This document shows positions 1 through 13,586 of a DNA stretch of 64,000 bases, in pieces. Position numbers and translations under genes: made by a program. Numbering within the stretch: position 1 is the stretch's first letter; each line of letters begins with the position of its first letter. Origin of the DNA: Veleropilina oligotropha (taxonomy: Eukaryota); the NCBI GenBank assembly GCA_048128005.1, contig JBEUKZ010000058.1:62001-126000 (forward strand), given 5' to 3'. Under the pieces are notes generated by a model, which saw only the letters and a list, made by a program, of their open reading frames with translations, did no database searches and was not told the DNA's origin.

Positions 1-292
1 ACTGGTGTGATATTAAGTTATAGTGCACGAGTCTACGCTCTTATTACTCTACTACTGGTGTGATATTAAGTTATTGCGCACGAGTCCACGCTCTTATTAA
101 TCTACTACTGGTGTGATATTAAGTTATAGCGCACGAGTCCACGCTTTTATTACTCTACTACTGGTGTGATATTAAGTTATATCGCACGAGTCCACGCTCG
201 TATTACTCTACTACGGGTGTGATATTAAGCTATAGCGCACGAGTCCACGCTCGTATTACTCAGCTACTGGTGTGATATTAAGTTATAGCACA
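1..292. repeat. Minisatellite, 53-bp unit, ~5.5 copies (runs off the window start)
   Basis: actggtgtgatattaag recurs at 1, 54, 107, 160, 213 and 266. Confidence 0.95.
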
Positions 293-754
293 CATTAAAT
301 AGTATTAGCCTTAATGAAAATGTATTGAGTTGATAAGTGTAATATTGCACAAGAATTGTATTGTTCCAAGCGAAAATAAGAAAACCATGTCTTTCATGAA
401 AATTACAAGTTCACATAGAAATGATGAAATTTATGTATATCACAGTAACAGCTTTTCAGGATTTTTCCCTTATGATCATCACGGGTTTTGGTAGATATTA
501 AGAAAGCGTGTACTAGATGAGATGAAGAGTAGGGGGATATTCTCAAATAAACTTGTACTGAAAACTGTATATTTTCAATATGCACATGACAAAGTAGCCG
601 TGATTTTGATCGGAGCAGCCATGTCAAATTACTCTGGTCACGGCATGTAACAAAACCCATGGATCATTGTTATAAATGAAATGACAGTATATTGTATAAT
701 TAAATATTCAAATGAAGGATAAACTTCCCGAGATAATATAGAATTTTTTTGCAG

Positions 755-808
755 AAACAAACTTCGGAATCAGAAGATGATAGTGTCGAAGAAGCCAAAC
801 CTCAAAAA
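755..808 (+). CDS. HDGFL2/PSIP1-like exon (KQTSESEDDSVEEAKPQK)
   Basis: tttttttgcag acceptor, gtaagc donor, 54 nt, phase 0/0. Confidence 0.75.
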
Positions 809-2276
809 GTAAGCATTTCCAAGTTCCATCTTCAGTTATGAGGATGGTTCAGATTCACTGTATCTGGTATTTTCTGCACTTGGGGATATTTTCCATTCAT
901 AGATCAACACTACACGATGACTTCCCATGTCTTTTCAATGAAAATGAAGAAATATTAACAAGTTTTTTAAATTGGATTTCAGCATGGACGTCTTATGTAA
1001 ATTATTGTTATTTTTGTTCTTTCAATCATGAATTTTAATTCAATTTTTATAATGACATGAAACTACTTCAAATAGATTTAGTGTCTGATACCCAAGACAT
1101 GCAGGAAATGTGGTCAAAGACAGGAAGGAAAGTTTATATTTTCTTCGGAATGGAATTTGCACCTCACCTGCACGTATTTAGATGAAGCAAGTCTTGACAG
1201 TAAAGATCCTCGTTAATAATGCCGGGAATGCTTGTCATAGCTTCTCCCTTCCACACCTCTGTTTAATTCCTCATGACTTAATTACTTAGGCGTCTAGTTC
1301 CGACAGTGATTCAGATGAGAACAGGGACTCAGGTGACGATTCTGTGGATGAGGATATTTCGGCAAAGAAGGTAAATGTGTTTTGGGGAATGGTGGTAGAT
1401 CTGACTGGTGCTCGGAGTGTGCATGGCAGTAATCAAATGTATACATGTGCTATCAAACTTTCCATCAACATCACCTGCAGTATTTACTATTAACATATAT
1501 ATGCTCTGCATTTCTGGATTTGACTATCAATACCTGCAGTTCTTCTACTTAAGACTAAAATAAGAAATGTCGCAATTCACTATTAATGCATGTGATGATA
1601 ATGTAATGGCTTAATTGCTTAATACTAATTGTCAAAGATAGGGAAATAATAGTGCTGATGTAATTATACTTGATTACAACTATTTTACTAAATTAATGTA
1701 GATAGATATTGTAACATTGACGCAACCTCCCTATGGTACCGTAGTCATTCGCAATCGGTTTATTCGTCATAATCGCAGTTGCGAGTGGCTTCGTATCTAT
1801 ATGCCAACATTTATGTTGCGGGCAGAGCACGTTGCATTTGTGAGTACCGGTTATATTTTGATTTTGTGTCGACTGTCTGACGGTGCGAACAAAATTTGTA
1901 AACCAGTTTTCTTAAATCTTTTCCTGGCATTTCAATTAAATTGAACCTATCATGACTATTGCAATATATACAATACAGGGTTCTCCCACGCACTTATAAG
2001 GTGGCGGGTCCACCACCCTATGACTCCTCCCCGCTACCTTACCACACCTTAAAAATGTTCACTCCATAGAAGCCATATAATTAATATACATGCATACATA
2101 CATACATGCATAAACATATAAACACGCACGCGAAAACAGGTGACCCCTCAGCGACATAATTCCCCTGCCTTATAATTTCAATCCGAGGAGAACCCTGCAA
2201 TATTATCGCTTGAGGTATGACAAATTTGTTAAGGACTATTCCAGTAAAATATCTCATCTTCAATCTGAGTACCTTA

Positions 2277-2461
2277 GGGCTATTCTAGGAAAATATCCCA
2301 CACCCACTGACTCCAGGTATATATCTCTTCTATGAGTGGTCACAAAATATAGACAATTATTTTAATATTTTTCACTGTTTAAGTAAATAACTACTGTTGG
2401 TGGTCCCCTTTTGAAAAACCTGGAGTCAAGGGGTGGAGTAGATATTATATTAGAATAGCCC
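2277..2461. mobile_element. Small PIF/Harbinger-like MITE
   Basis: TIR gggctattcta.../...tagaatagccc, flanked by tta/tga; inverted related copy at ~4373-4550. Confidence 0.65.
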
Positions 2462-3086
2462 TGAAAGAAGATGACTCGTTTGTACAATGTAGTGGCGGTC
2501 GCCAAAGATGAGTACATGGGTACCTGTTACATCCTAGATGTGATATTATTACATGGTTGTCAAATGCATCTCATGGTAGTGTGATTTGGGTAAAATGAAT
2601 CTATTATGCGACATAATAAATCAAATATCTATGCATGTGCTGTCATATATTATGCATAATAATCTACATATAAAAATGCCTAGTTGTCGCAGGACACATT
2701 GACATATTTCATTTATTGATGTCTGCATGCAGCCCACGCGATGTGGCCAGCAGTCATAAGCATGATGCTTTCGGTTCTATGACAAGAACATCATTGAACC
2801 ATTTCAAAAGGCTAAATGTCCTAATTAGAAAATTTGTGGCTGTCAAATGTATATATTATATTATAATATGGTAAATTAAGAAAGTTAACGTAATTTTTAG
2901 AAGTAAACCGAATTCTTGTACAGATTTGTACAAATAATTATTTAAAGCATTTGATTGTTCATTGCACACTCCGAGTCGCACAGAGTAGCATCTTTAGAAA
3001 AGCAGACGCGTCGATGGCATTTAGCAGGTAAGATGTCCTTGAAAATCCATCCTGAACAGCTAACACGTCAATGGATTTCACAGGTT

Positions 3087-3360
3087 TTGTTGTCCTTGAT
3101 AGATGACACAACAATGACATTTATCAGGTATGTTGTCCTTGATAGCTGACACATCAATGACATTTATCAGGTATGTTGTCCTTGATAGCTGACACATCAA
3201 TGACATTTATCAGGTATGTTGTCCTTGATAGCTGACACATCAATGACATTTATCAGGTTAGTATGTTGTCCTTGATAGCTGACACATCAATGCCATTTAT
3301 CAGGTATGTTGTCCTTGAAAGCGGACACATTGATAGCATTGAGCAGGTATGTTGTCGTTT
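3087..3360. repeat. Minisatellite, 43-bp unit, ~6 copies
   Basis: acacatcaatgacatttatcaggtatgttgtccttgatagctg repeated. Confidence 0.9.
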
Positions 3361-3451
3361 CTTGAATTTTAATTTTATTGCAATGTTACCAAAGCCTCTA
3401 AGGATGTTTAGAGGCTGTTCAAACTATGTAAGTACAGTATATATATTGACA

Positions 3452-4186
3452 TTTTTATGCCCCCACCAATTTATTTGGGGGAATTTAGATTTACCCTTGT
3501 CCCGTCCGTCCAGTCCCGAAACCAGTATGGCGTGCAAGTAACTCAATTCTGCTATAGCTTCCATCTGCCTTCATGGATTGACTTGATACTTCATACACTT
3601 GCTTATCATCATTCATACTTCGCTTCTGTGACCCATCCATGTCGCCCCTATGCCCAAGGTCAAGATCAAATGACTTAGCTCTTCGGACCAGTATTTGCTG
3701 CAAGTAACTCCATTCTGCTATAACTTCCATCTGCCTTCATGGATTGACTTGATACTTCATACAATCGCTTCTGCGACCCATTATGCCCAAGGTCAAATGA
3801 CATAGCTCTTCGGACCAGTATTTGCGTGCGAGTAACTCCATTCTGCTATGACTTCCATCTGCCCTTCATGGATTGACTTGATACTTCATACACTAGCTTA
3901 CCATCATTCATACTTCCATTCTGCCACCCACCAATGTTGCTCCTATGCCCAAGGTCAAATGATTTAGCTTTTCGGACCAGTATTGGCATGCAAGTAACTC
4001 CATTCTGCTATAACTTCCATCTGCCTTCATGGATTGATTTGATACTCCATGCACTTGCTTATCATCATTCGTACTTCCCTTCTGCGACTCGCCCATGCCA
4101 TTAATTGTCTGTAAATAACTCCACAAAACGATCTTTGCTGCCAGTAGGGGCATTTGTGACCGATGCCGATGGACACATTTCTAGTT
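3452..4186 (+). mobile_element. Non-autonomous Helentron-like (HINE) element with internal tandem repeats
   Basis: T-run, subTIR atgcccc / ggggcat, 5' hairpin, GTCC microsatellite, several internal repeats, ends ctagtt; short relative at ~42918-43110. Confidence 0.7.
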
Positions 4187-5256
4187 AATATATAATTGTC
4201 AACTTCAGGTCTGGTCAGCTATTGATATGATGACAGACTGTGTTGAAAGATGCACTTGTGTACTTGTATAATATGTACTGTATATAGATATTCCCTAAGC
4301 GTTAATTTCGATAAGGTACTCAGATTGTGCATATACTGTATATATATATTCCTTGAGCATTCATTTCGGTAAGGGCTATTCCAGTAAAATATCTACCCCA
4401 CCCCCTGACTCCTGGTTTTTCAAAAGAGGACCACCAATAGTAGTTATTTATTTAAACAGTGATAAATAATAGAATTATTTTCTATATTTTGTGACCACCC
4501 ATAAAAGCGATATATACCTTGAGTCAGTGGGTGGGTGTGATATTTTCCTGGTACTCAGATTGAAGATGCTATCAATACCTTAGATTCTGTTAGAACTTTA
4601 ATAGAAGATCAATACTTTTACGATTCCAATCCACAGTCGGGTGTCTCGTGGCAACCACTACCCCTATCACCTAAACCCGTAAAATCACTCACTTCAGACC
4701 AATTTTTTGGTAAGATTGTTTATATAGTTTAGAACAAGTTTGCAGAAAGTTGTTTGACATTTCAACTACTCAGCTAAAGTCTTCATTTAATTATGTAATG
4801 AAGACTGTTTATCAGTCTAAACATCAAAAAACTTTCTTGAAACATCTTTAATAATTTTACGTTGCTTCGATCCAATATCAACAACATCTTTTCAATAATC
4901 TTTTTCTTATAATTTTATAATTATTATGCACCATATGTAGCAAGGCAAGTATTAAACAACGATGCATTTGAGTAACATTGCCATCTCTGTGATCATCTTG
5001 AGATCTTCTCCATGCTGCATCTTATCATAAATTGTATTTGTTGCTATCAGCAGCTTGTTTGTGACAATCACATTGTTATTTCATGCATTTTATTATTGTT
5101 CATATCTATTTTCACGAAGTTGGCAGCGTGACACAGGTACCTCGTTTCATTTCATGATTTGCCATATGTGCCAGGAATTTTTCTCATGTACGTCGTCTCC
5201 ATTGCACACATACTGATGTTAGGTCTTGTAACCAGGTTTAACTTTTTTTGTTTTAG

Positions 5257-5307
5257 ACAAAAGTGAAGACTGCTGCAAAGAGGAAGCGCAAGTCGAGTGG
5301 ATCAACA
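5257..5307 (+). CDS. HDGFL2/PSIP1-like exon (TKVKTAAKRKRKSSGST, NLS-like)
   Basis: tttttgttttag acceptor, gtatgt donor, 51 nt, phase 0/0. Confidence 0.75.
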
Positions 5308-5347
5308 GTATGTTTATGTCCGTTGCAGTAAATCACAGAGGGATAAA

Positions 5348-6197
5348 CAGGGCGCGAAATAAGGGCCTGCCAAAGGCCATTGGACGTCCAATTTTTTCAG
5401 ATTTTACGAAATGTCCGGGTAAACATAATTTTGGCCTGACAGTAATGGCCGGACAACAAATATTACTGTGGCAATCAATATTATTGACCAAAGTTAGCAA
5501 TGCATTCATGATTGGATAACAGCAAAAAAACTTGCCTTTTATTCAATTAACCTCAACATAATGTGTCTTGAAGTCGCATCTGTGCCAAAACATTCCCTCG
5601 TGTTCATTCACTGATTTACTTCCTGTTTTGCGATTACATTCGTTTTCATGGGTTTGGTTGAAACTGAGTTTTTGCAAATGCTCTAAATACTGTATATGAA
5701 TAAACGTTAACGGAAAAACTGAGTTTAAATAAGCAAGTTTTTATGAAAAAACAGAAATAGGCTCCAAAGTGGAATGACTTTGCTGAATTAAAGTAAAAGT
5801 ATTTCTAATGTTACTGAAAATGAAGTTTCACTTGATGACAGCAAAGCCATTAATAATAAATAATAAGTTACATAACCTGATAATTAAGAAATAGCTTTTC
5901 TTTCATAAATATTAATAATCATGGAAAACTTGCATTATTAAATGATGGAATTATGCATGAAATTGTGTCAATATATATTTCTGAACTTTGTGACTTTATT
6001 ATTTCATTATCATTATCAAACCTTTTGGATAGCACATATCTCAGGTCTTAAATAATAATATATCCGCCTTTTTCGAATAATTAGGGTTCTGATGATGAAA
6101 AACATTTTGGCAGCCTGTATGTGACAATGGCAGGCTAAATAAAATTTTGGCCTGACATAAATGGCAGGCTAACCCCGAAAAATTAAATCACGCCCTG
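5348..6197. mobile_element. hAT-like MITE with 5-bp TSD
   Basis: TIR cagggcgcga / tcacgccctg; ataaa duplicated at 5343-5347 and 6198-6202. Confidence 0.7.
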
Positions 6198-6724
6198 ATA
6201 AAGTGTTAGTGTTATGTTGGAAGGGTTATGGTTTAAAAGATTTTCTAGGTACTGCTTTCACTGTTTAGATTTTCAGGAGTGCGTTGGCAGAGGATCCTTA
6301 TGTTATTTGTTTTGTTTGATTGTTTGAAGTCAAATGCAGCATCTATCTAAACATATAATGTAGTAATTGTTTGTTTGTTTGCGTGCGTGTCTATTTGCCA
6401 CTTCCGACTTCTGCACCTGTTCGAATTTGCCATGTTCACTGTTACATATATATATAGAGAGAGATAACATGACCTGATCGAGAGAGTCTTGGGATGGATA
6501 GAGGGGGGGGGGGGCAAGCAGGTGTGAGGGGGAGATGGTGGAATTGGGGAAGAAAACTAGGGTGGGAATTGAGGCCAGGTTGGCGGGTGGATGTGTCAGG
6601 GGGGATATGGTGGGGCGGGAAATGGGGGATTTCAGCGAAATCAGCCGTTTGTAAACAGGTGTGCCCACTATTTAATAAAATAGTCTTTCTCCTTCCATGT
6701 CAGTGTTGGCATTTTGTCTTACAG

Positions 6725-6847
6725 GTGAAGCCACCTGTGAAGAAAGGGCGCCCCATGTCCAGATCGAAGCCCAAAGATTCAGACGGTGATGATGAAGAAG
6801 ACTTTGACCAGGGGTCAGAACCTGAGACTGACCGGTCAGATGACGAG
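6725..6847 (+). CDS. HDGFL2/PSIP1-like exon (VKPPVKKGRP...SDDE)
   Basis: ttttgtcttacag acceptor, gtaact donor, 123 nt, phase 0/0; AT-hook-like KKGRP. Confidence 0.85.
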
Positions 6848-7118
6848 GTAACTAATGTATGTAACTGAATGACCAGCCAATGAATACTGAATGCTGATGC
6901 TTTAATTTCGACTGCCCACTCGGACAACAAGGTAACTAATGTATGTAACTGAATGACCAGCCAATGAATACTGAATGCTGATGCTTTAATTTCGACTGCC
7001 CACTCGGACAACAAGGTAACTAATGTATGTAACTGAATGACCAGCCAATGAATACTGAATGCTGATGCTTTAATTTTGACTGCCCACTCTGACAACGAGG
7101 TAACTAATGTATGTAACT
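6840..7118. repeat. 84-bp tandem repeat (3+ copies) containing the exon donor site
   Basis: aggtaactaatgtatgtaact at 6846, 6930, 7014 and 7098. Confidence 0.95.
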
Positions 7119-7599
7119 CAGGGCTAGATTTTTGACGAGAATCCGCGAATCGATTCGCCTGAAGAGTCGCGCAAGATGTCAAATGGCGAATCAATTTTGA
7201 TTCGCGCAAAAATATGGAATAAAATTTGTAAAAATAACCTTTTTAATATAATCCGTTGTTAAATTATCGTCCATATAAGCATTTTAATCATAGAACAATT
7301 TCCGCACTGCTCCAACCTCGCAATTCCAACAGTGAAAACCACTTTTTGGTTGTCGTTATTGTAACGTTGTTCTGCTCGATCAATGTCGGTGGTTTCCGTG
7401 AACAGGCAGCGACCTCTATCACCGTGCTATTTTCGTTCACGGAAACTCAACCGATTTCTATATTCCGAACGAGTACAAGTATTGTCCATGCGGTTTGCAT
7501 AAAAAGCGACTAAACGTGAGGAAAGTGAATATTTTTTGCGCTGAAAACATGGTAGTTTCCAATTTTCGGCTTTTTATTTCATAATAGAAAACAGCATGT

Positions 7600-9045
7600 C
7601 CGTAAAATCTGAAAGTATTAGACATTTGTTTAGTTGTTCTATTTATCGCTCAAAAAAGACGACATTCGGTATTTGTTTTTTCACCGCTCTTATAAATTTG
7701 TGTTATTTTCGCATTTTTAAGTTGATCTGGAACTATTCCTGTGCATATTGATTTATTAAAGATTGATACCAAAGGATTAATAACCGCAAACGATGTCTCT
7801 TTTACTATTGGTGGAGATATTCCATCACACCCACTGCTCTTTCCACTTTTAAATGCGGATATAATATTTGAAATTTCTTGTCCATCTATCGGTGTAAAGA
7901 ATATAGAGTCGTTGTAGTGTCCATTCATGTAATGATTAAAATCTTTAGTGACTTCTGGAATATTCTTTCCTAGGTTCGGACCTACATTTACAAAATATTC
8001 ATTGAAATCATTGGCGATTTTTTGGTCTCCTTTTATTAGAGAATCATTTTGAATAAATTCGGTTTGAAAGTATTTTTGTGTGTTTTCTTTACGTGTTTAA
8101 TAATTTTCCAAATTTGTTTTAAATTTCCTTTAAAAATTGTCAGTTGTGTTGCATAGTGTTGCTTTTCTGCAATTTTTATAAGATGTTTCAGTTTATTTTT
8201 ATATTTTTTATATTTGTCGTTAGCCAAGTCGGATTTTGTATGTAGATATTCCCTGTAAAGAGTATTTTTCTTCTTACAAGATATTACAAACCCTTGCGTT
8301 ATCCAAAGTTTGTCAGAATTCCGCCTGGATGTTATTTTTCGTAATGGGAAGTTTTTGTTATATATTTTCAAATATATTTTAATAAAATTACTATAAGCTG
8401 CGTTTGGGTCAGTCAAATCATATACGTCACGCCAATCGACTTCATTCAACTCCTTTGTAAATCTGTCTGTATTATGTTTTCTGTAATCATGTTTATAAAT
8501 ATTTTGTGCTTCACGTTTGCAGATGCTATTTGGAATATTGGTAGGTGGTCGGATATATCAGTGTACATTATGCCAGTGAGCATTTTATCAGTGAGATTAT
8601 TTGTAAATATATTGTCTATCAATGTGGCTGATGTGTTAGTAATTCTGGTTGGTTTGTTTATGAGTGGATAAAACGAAGATGATATCATAGAATTAAGGAA
8701 ATTTGAGGTTAGCTCGTGTGAGTCACAGTTTATTAAATTCAGGTTAAAATCACCAGCAATGTAACACGTCTTTTTTTCTTTGAACAACTTTGAAAGCTGT
8801 ATATCTATTTCTTCTTGAAATATTTTAATATCATTACATGGGGGTCTATATATTACGCCAATAATGTTTGTTTGCAGATCTTGGTCGATCTCTACAAACA
8901 ACGTTTCATATAAGTTATCTTCAAAGATACTGATGTCTTCTCTGATTTTAAATTTTAAGTCACTTCTAATATAAAACCCGACTCCCCCTCTTCTATTTGT
9001 ACGACGTGATTTAAACACTGTGGTATAATTCTCTAATGGTATGCA
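7600..9045 (-). pseudogene. Decayed LINE ORF2 fragment (APE endonuclease to pre-RT region; CR1/L2-like)
   Basis: Frameshifted ORFs 8446..9126, 8036..8449 and 7650..7928 with GGVGFYIR, VIYRPP, AGDFN, PTR...TLIDNIF, SDHLPI, KSSGCDGI motifs. Confidence 0.9.
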
Positions 9046-9537
9046 TGGCAGTTGTGACGAGAACACGCCGCTTAATGATTTTCGTCGTTTTTGGAACCAA
9101 GATGTTTGGAGAGATTTCTTGTGCACGCTCTACATTGAAAAATTATTATTTGATTCATATTTCGTATTCACGTTAGTTATGATGAGGACATGCCGCCTAA
9201 AGATTTTTGGATCCAAGATAGCAGCCATTTTGCTCGACGAGATTTCTTGTTTGCACTCTACAGTGAAAAGTTATTATCCAAGTTGATTCAAATTTGGTAT
9301 GAGCGTTAGTTATGATGACGACATGCCATCTAACAATTTTGTTGTTTTTGCATCCAAGATGACCTCCATTTTGTTTGACGAGATTTCTTGTGCACACTCT
9401 ACAGTAAAAAGTTATTATCCGATTTAATTCAAATTTGATATATGCATTTGGTATGATGAGGACACGTCGCATAATGATTTGCGTTGTATTCAAGATGGCC
9501 GTCATGGCAGCCATTTTGTTTGAAGAAATATCTTGTT
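9046..9537. repeat. ~140-bp tandem repeats of a HINE family (also ~45190-45750 and 46560-46940)
   Basis: gagatttcttgtgc..ctctacagtgaaa..tgattcaaatttggtatg..gatgaggacac unit repeated. Confidence 0.8.
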
Positions 9538-11710
9538 ATTGTCCCCCGCCGCCTATCGGGCAGACAGGGGACATAGAATCCGCCTCTGCTCGTGTGTCCG
9601 TCCCGGATTTTCTCACATCTTTTTTTGCTATTTAGAGAAATGACAGCTTTCCGAAACTTTACAGGTGAACTAACCACATCATTGGGTAGATCATGTTCGA
9701 AAATTGGAAATTTATTTTGAAAATTCTGTTTTTTTGGCGACTTTTCGGAAATTTTGAACATAGTCTCTTGAAACATGGATGTGTTATATTTCTCACATCT
9801 TTTTTTTCATTTAGGGAAATGTGAGCTTTCCGAAACTTTACAGATGAACTAAACACATCATTGGGTACATCAAGTTCGATTATTGGGAATATATATTGCA
9901 AACTTTTGTTTTTTTTGCTACTTTTCGGTGAATTTGAACATTGCCTCTGGAAGCATGGATATGGTCATTTTCTCGCCTTATTTTTTTCCATTTAGAGATA
10001 TACTAGCTTTCTGAAACTACAGATTTACCAACCACACCATTGGGTATATCAAGTTCAAATATTGTGAAATTATTTTTAAAACATGTTTGAACATAGTCTC
10101 TGGAAGCATGGATGCGATTTTCTCACAATATTTGTCTCGGCCGTAGAGAAAGAGATATTGTTATTGCTTTTCATCTTAGCCCCCCCCCCCCCCTCATGCT
10201 CACCCCCACCCGAAGTTTAATTATTGCATTAAGGTTTTGCGTATTGCTTCCAGATGATATATTGATCTCTCCACTACAATGTACATCAGTTCAATTTTAA
10301 ACTTCACGTGTATAAACCTGTTAAACATGTTAATCCTTCAGATTTGCTCCACCTCACCCTTCCCCCCCCCCTCCCCCTAATATATTTTTTTTACATGATT
10401 TATTTTCGCTGCGCATAGTTTAATTTTGCCTTGAAGTATTGAGGATAGAAAAGAAACAGATATTTTTTTAAGTACGATGAAACACAAAGGGACGTGCTTA
10501 TCTGTAAGACTTGCTCACTGCCAATAGGCACAGTAAGCTGTTAAGCTTAATGGTCACTCTGAAGCAGGGATTCTCAAAATCAGATGGATTTTGAAACCTG
10601 GCTTCCCCACTATTTTATTCCATGGGTATCTAAGTTCTTGAGATGGCAGTGTATATTGTCATTACAAGAACAGACTGTATCCAGGGCCTAATATCACTCT
10701 ACTCATCTGGTCAAGGTTCAAGTCATTGTGTCCCCTGACAATAGGCCAGGATACTATGATTTTGTCATGGTTTAGCTGGGGTGGCCATGTTCATATTGAG
10801 AATTTTTAGCTTTCTGAAACTTTACCTATTAGGTAGATCAAGTTCCAATATTGGGAATTTTGAAATCTTTTAGGTATTTCGTGATATTGAATATAGTCTC
10901 TGGAAGCATGGACGTTGTAAATTTTCTCACAACTATCTTTTTCAATTAGAGAAATGCTAGCTGTACGAAGCTGTCAGCTGTGTGGTATAGGTGTGGACTC
11001 AGAAAATCACTGACTTGATTCCGCTGATGCGAACAGTATTGCCAATGTGGGTTCAAACCCCGGCTGGAGTATGACATTATTTGTTAAAATTATGAATCCA
11101 TAAATGGTCCCAGAGGGCGGGCTTTCCTCCCGCGATAATACGGTTTGTCCTCGTTTGAATCTAAATAAGTTGGAAATATACAGGACAATAAGCATTGATC
11201 CTTTCCTTTTTTCCTTTTTGATTATGGGAATGTTTTTTTTAATTTATGGATTTTTTTGCGATTTTGTACATTTTCTCACATGCACTTATTTCATTTACAG
11301 AGATACTAGCTTTCTGAAACCTTACAGATCAACTAACCCCATCAAGGGGTAGATCAAGTTCAAATATTGGGGATTTTTTGAAACCTTAATTTATTGCTGA
11401 ATTTTGTTGATTTAAAACATAGTCTCTGCATGTATGGAATTTATAAATTTTATCTGAAACTTCACAGACCAACTAACCACAATGTGATAATGAGATGGAT
11501 AAAGTTTGAATAATGAAAATTATATAATTTACTTGAAGTATTTACACGTAGTCTCTGTGTGCATATTTATCTCTGTAGCCTCTGTTGGCAGGAAATCTTG
11601 CTTAGTTAATGAATTCTCATTGAGTTACTGAATACACAGCGGGCAAAAATATATATGTGGTCAATAATACGAGCGGGGGACAATCTCCACTTGGTGACAA
11701 TCACTTGTAA
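9538..11710 (+). mobile_element. HINE-like element with nested SINE and other repeats
   Basis: subTIR ttgtcccccgc (~9539) / gcgggggacaa (~11673), internal repeated units, ends cttgt. Confidence 0.65.
10972..11215 (+). mobile_element. tRNA-derived SINE (same family as 47964-48225)
   Basis: B-box gggttcaaacc; shared tcactg.cttgattccgct.atgcgaacagt and aaatatacaggaca segments. Confidence 0.7.
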
Positions 11711-11736
11711 ATCTTGGTTTGTTCTTATTGCATTAG

Positions 11737-11968
11737 GACTATGAGGATATTGAGAAAAAGGTAACTCCCCCAAAGAGAGGCCGTCCGCCTTCTGCAGCAA
11801 AGGAGAAGAGTGTCAAGGGTAAAAGAAAATCAGCAGCCAAGAAATCGGAAAGTGAATCCGAAGGCGATTCTGACTCTGATGATGAAGAGGACACTCCAAT
11901 ATCAAAATCTGCCAAGAAACAACCGCAACAGAGACGTCAAAGTAAAGGTGCTACATCTGCCAAGAAAC
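11737..11968 (+). CDS. HDGFL2/PSIP1-like exon with AT-hook (PKRGRPP)
   Basis: cattag acceptor, gtaagt donor, 232 nt, phase 0/1, open K/S/D/E-rich frame. Confidence 0.85.
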
Positions 11969-12201
11969 GTAAGTGGAGTGATCATATTTCAATGTGTAAT
12001 TTTCTTAAATCTATATTAATATATTTGATCAATATTTTTATACTTATGAGAATGAGGAATGGTTTGAATTTATCATGGTTTATATGTACAGTTTTTGTTG
12101 CAATATTGTCAGCATTATGTTCAAATGTCCAGTATGATTTTGGTTGTGATTATTATAAATAGATGCATGTTGGGTAGAATCTACAACATATTTTCTCTTA
12201 A

Positions 12202-13448
12202 AAGGCCAAAAAAAATGTCTTGGTTCCTGTTACCCTACCATACCTAAATTTTTGGCCCTACCCTAAACTTTTTATCAGTGATTTACTTTTTATATGCCCG
12301 CCGAAGGCGTGGTGTATTATGCTAGGGCGATGTCCGTCCGTTCATCCGCCTCCTTCGTTTCAGCACCATATCTTACGAAATATTTAATCTTTAATTATGA
12401 AACTTGCTGGGTGGGTTAGTCATGTGACAAGGAAGAAGCCTATTCATTTTCAACCATGTTGCTCGATTTGTCGCTGATTTCTGGCCCCTGTTCGAAAACA
12501 AGAAATATTTCGTTTTCGCACGATAACTAAGCAAATATAAAATATTTTTCAATGAAATTTGCTGGATGCCTTAATCGTGTGACCAGGAAGAAGCATGTTC
12601 ATTTACAACCATGTCGCTCGATTTGTCACTGACTTCTGGCCCTTGTTCGAAAACAAGAAATATTTCATTTCCGCACGATAACTAAGCAAATATAAATTAT
12701 TTTTCAATGAAACTTTCTGGATGCCTTAATCATGTGACAAGGAAGAAGCCTATTCATTTACAACCATGTTGCTCGATTTGTCGCTGAGTTCTGGCCCTTG
12801 TTCGAAAACAAGAAATATTTTGTTTCCGCACGATATCTAAGCAAATATAAAATAAGTCTATTCATTTTCAAACACTTCACTCGATTTGTCGTTGACTTCT
12901 GGCCCTTGTTCGAAAACAAGAAATATTTCATTTCCGCACGATACCTAAGCAAATATAAATTATATTTCAATGAAACTTGCGGAATGCATTAATCATGTGA
13001 CAAGGAAGAAGTCTATTCATTTTCAAACCTGACGCTAGATTTGTCGCTTACTTCTGACCCTTGTTCGAAAACAAGAAATATTTTGTTTAGATGCCTTGAT
13101 CATGCGATAAGGAAGAAGCCTATTCGTTTTCATCCTTGGTGCTAAATAGTCTTTCAAAACTCATTATGCTGGAGTATAATGTATCGTTTACGTTACTCTT
13201 GTTTTAAAAGTCCATCTCGCCCCTGACCATCCTATTTTCTCTCTGGAAAGCTTTGTGATGTGTAACATGTCTATTAAATAGGTTTAATGGCCGCATATTA
13301 CGGTTACCATATGACATGGATTTTTATTCAGTTGGTTGTTCAATTTTGGGAAAAATCGATACATGTATGAAAAAACTTTTTCAAAAATATCTACCTACCC
13401 TACTTTTTATGACCATGTAACAGGAACCAAAGAATTTTTTGGGGGGTC
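12202..13448. mobile_element. Harbinger-like MITE with nested HINE (~12288-13203)
   Basis: TIR ...ttggttcctgttac / gtaacaggaaccaa..., taa flanks; the nested element has a 5' hairpin gccgaaggc, GTCC repeat, internal tandem units and a cttgtt end. Confidence 0.65.
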
Positions 13449-13586
13449 TAAGTTTTGGTTATTCTATTAACAAATTTCGTTTTTTGATTTGAATCAGTTT
13501 AGTTTTATGACTACGTCAATTTATCAGTCATGCCTGTAGTCTGGGACCCGGTTCAACATATAAATCCAGTAGATGAATACTGTGCA

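Noticed and set aside
1..292. Regular repeats resembling a CRISPR array (also 3087-3360)
   Set aside because: Units are contiguous near-identical copies with no unique spacers, in a eukaryotic intron with no cas genes
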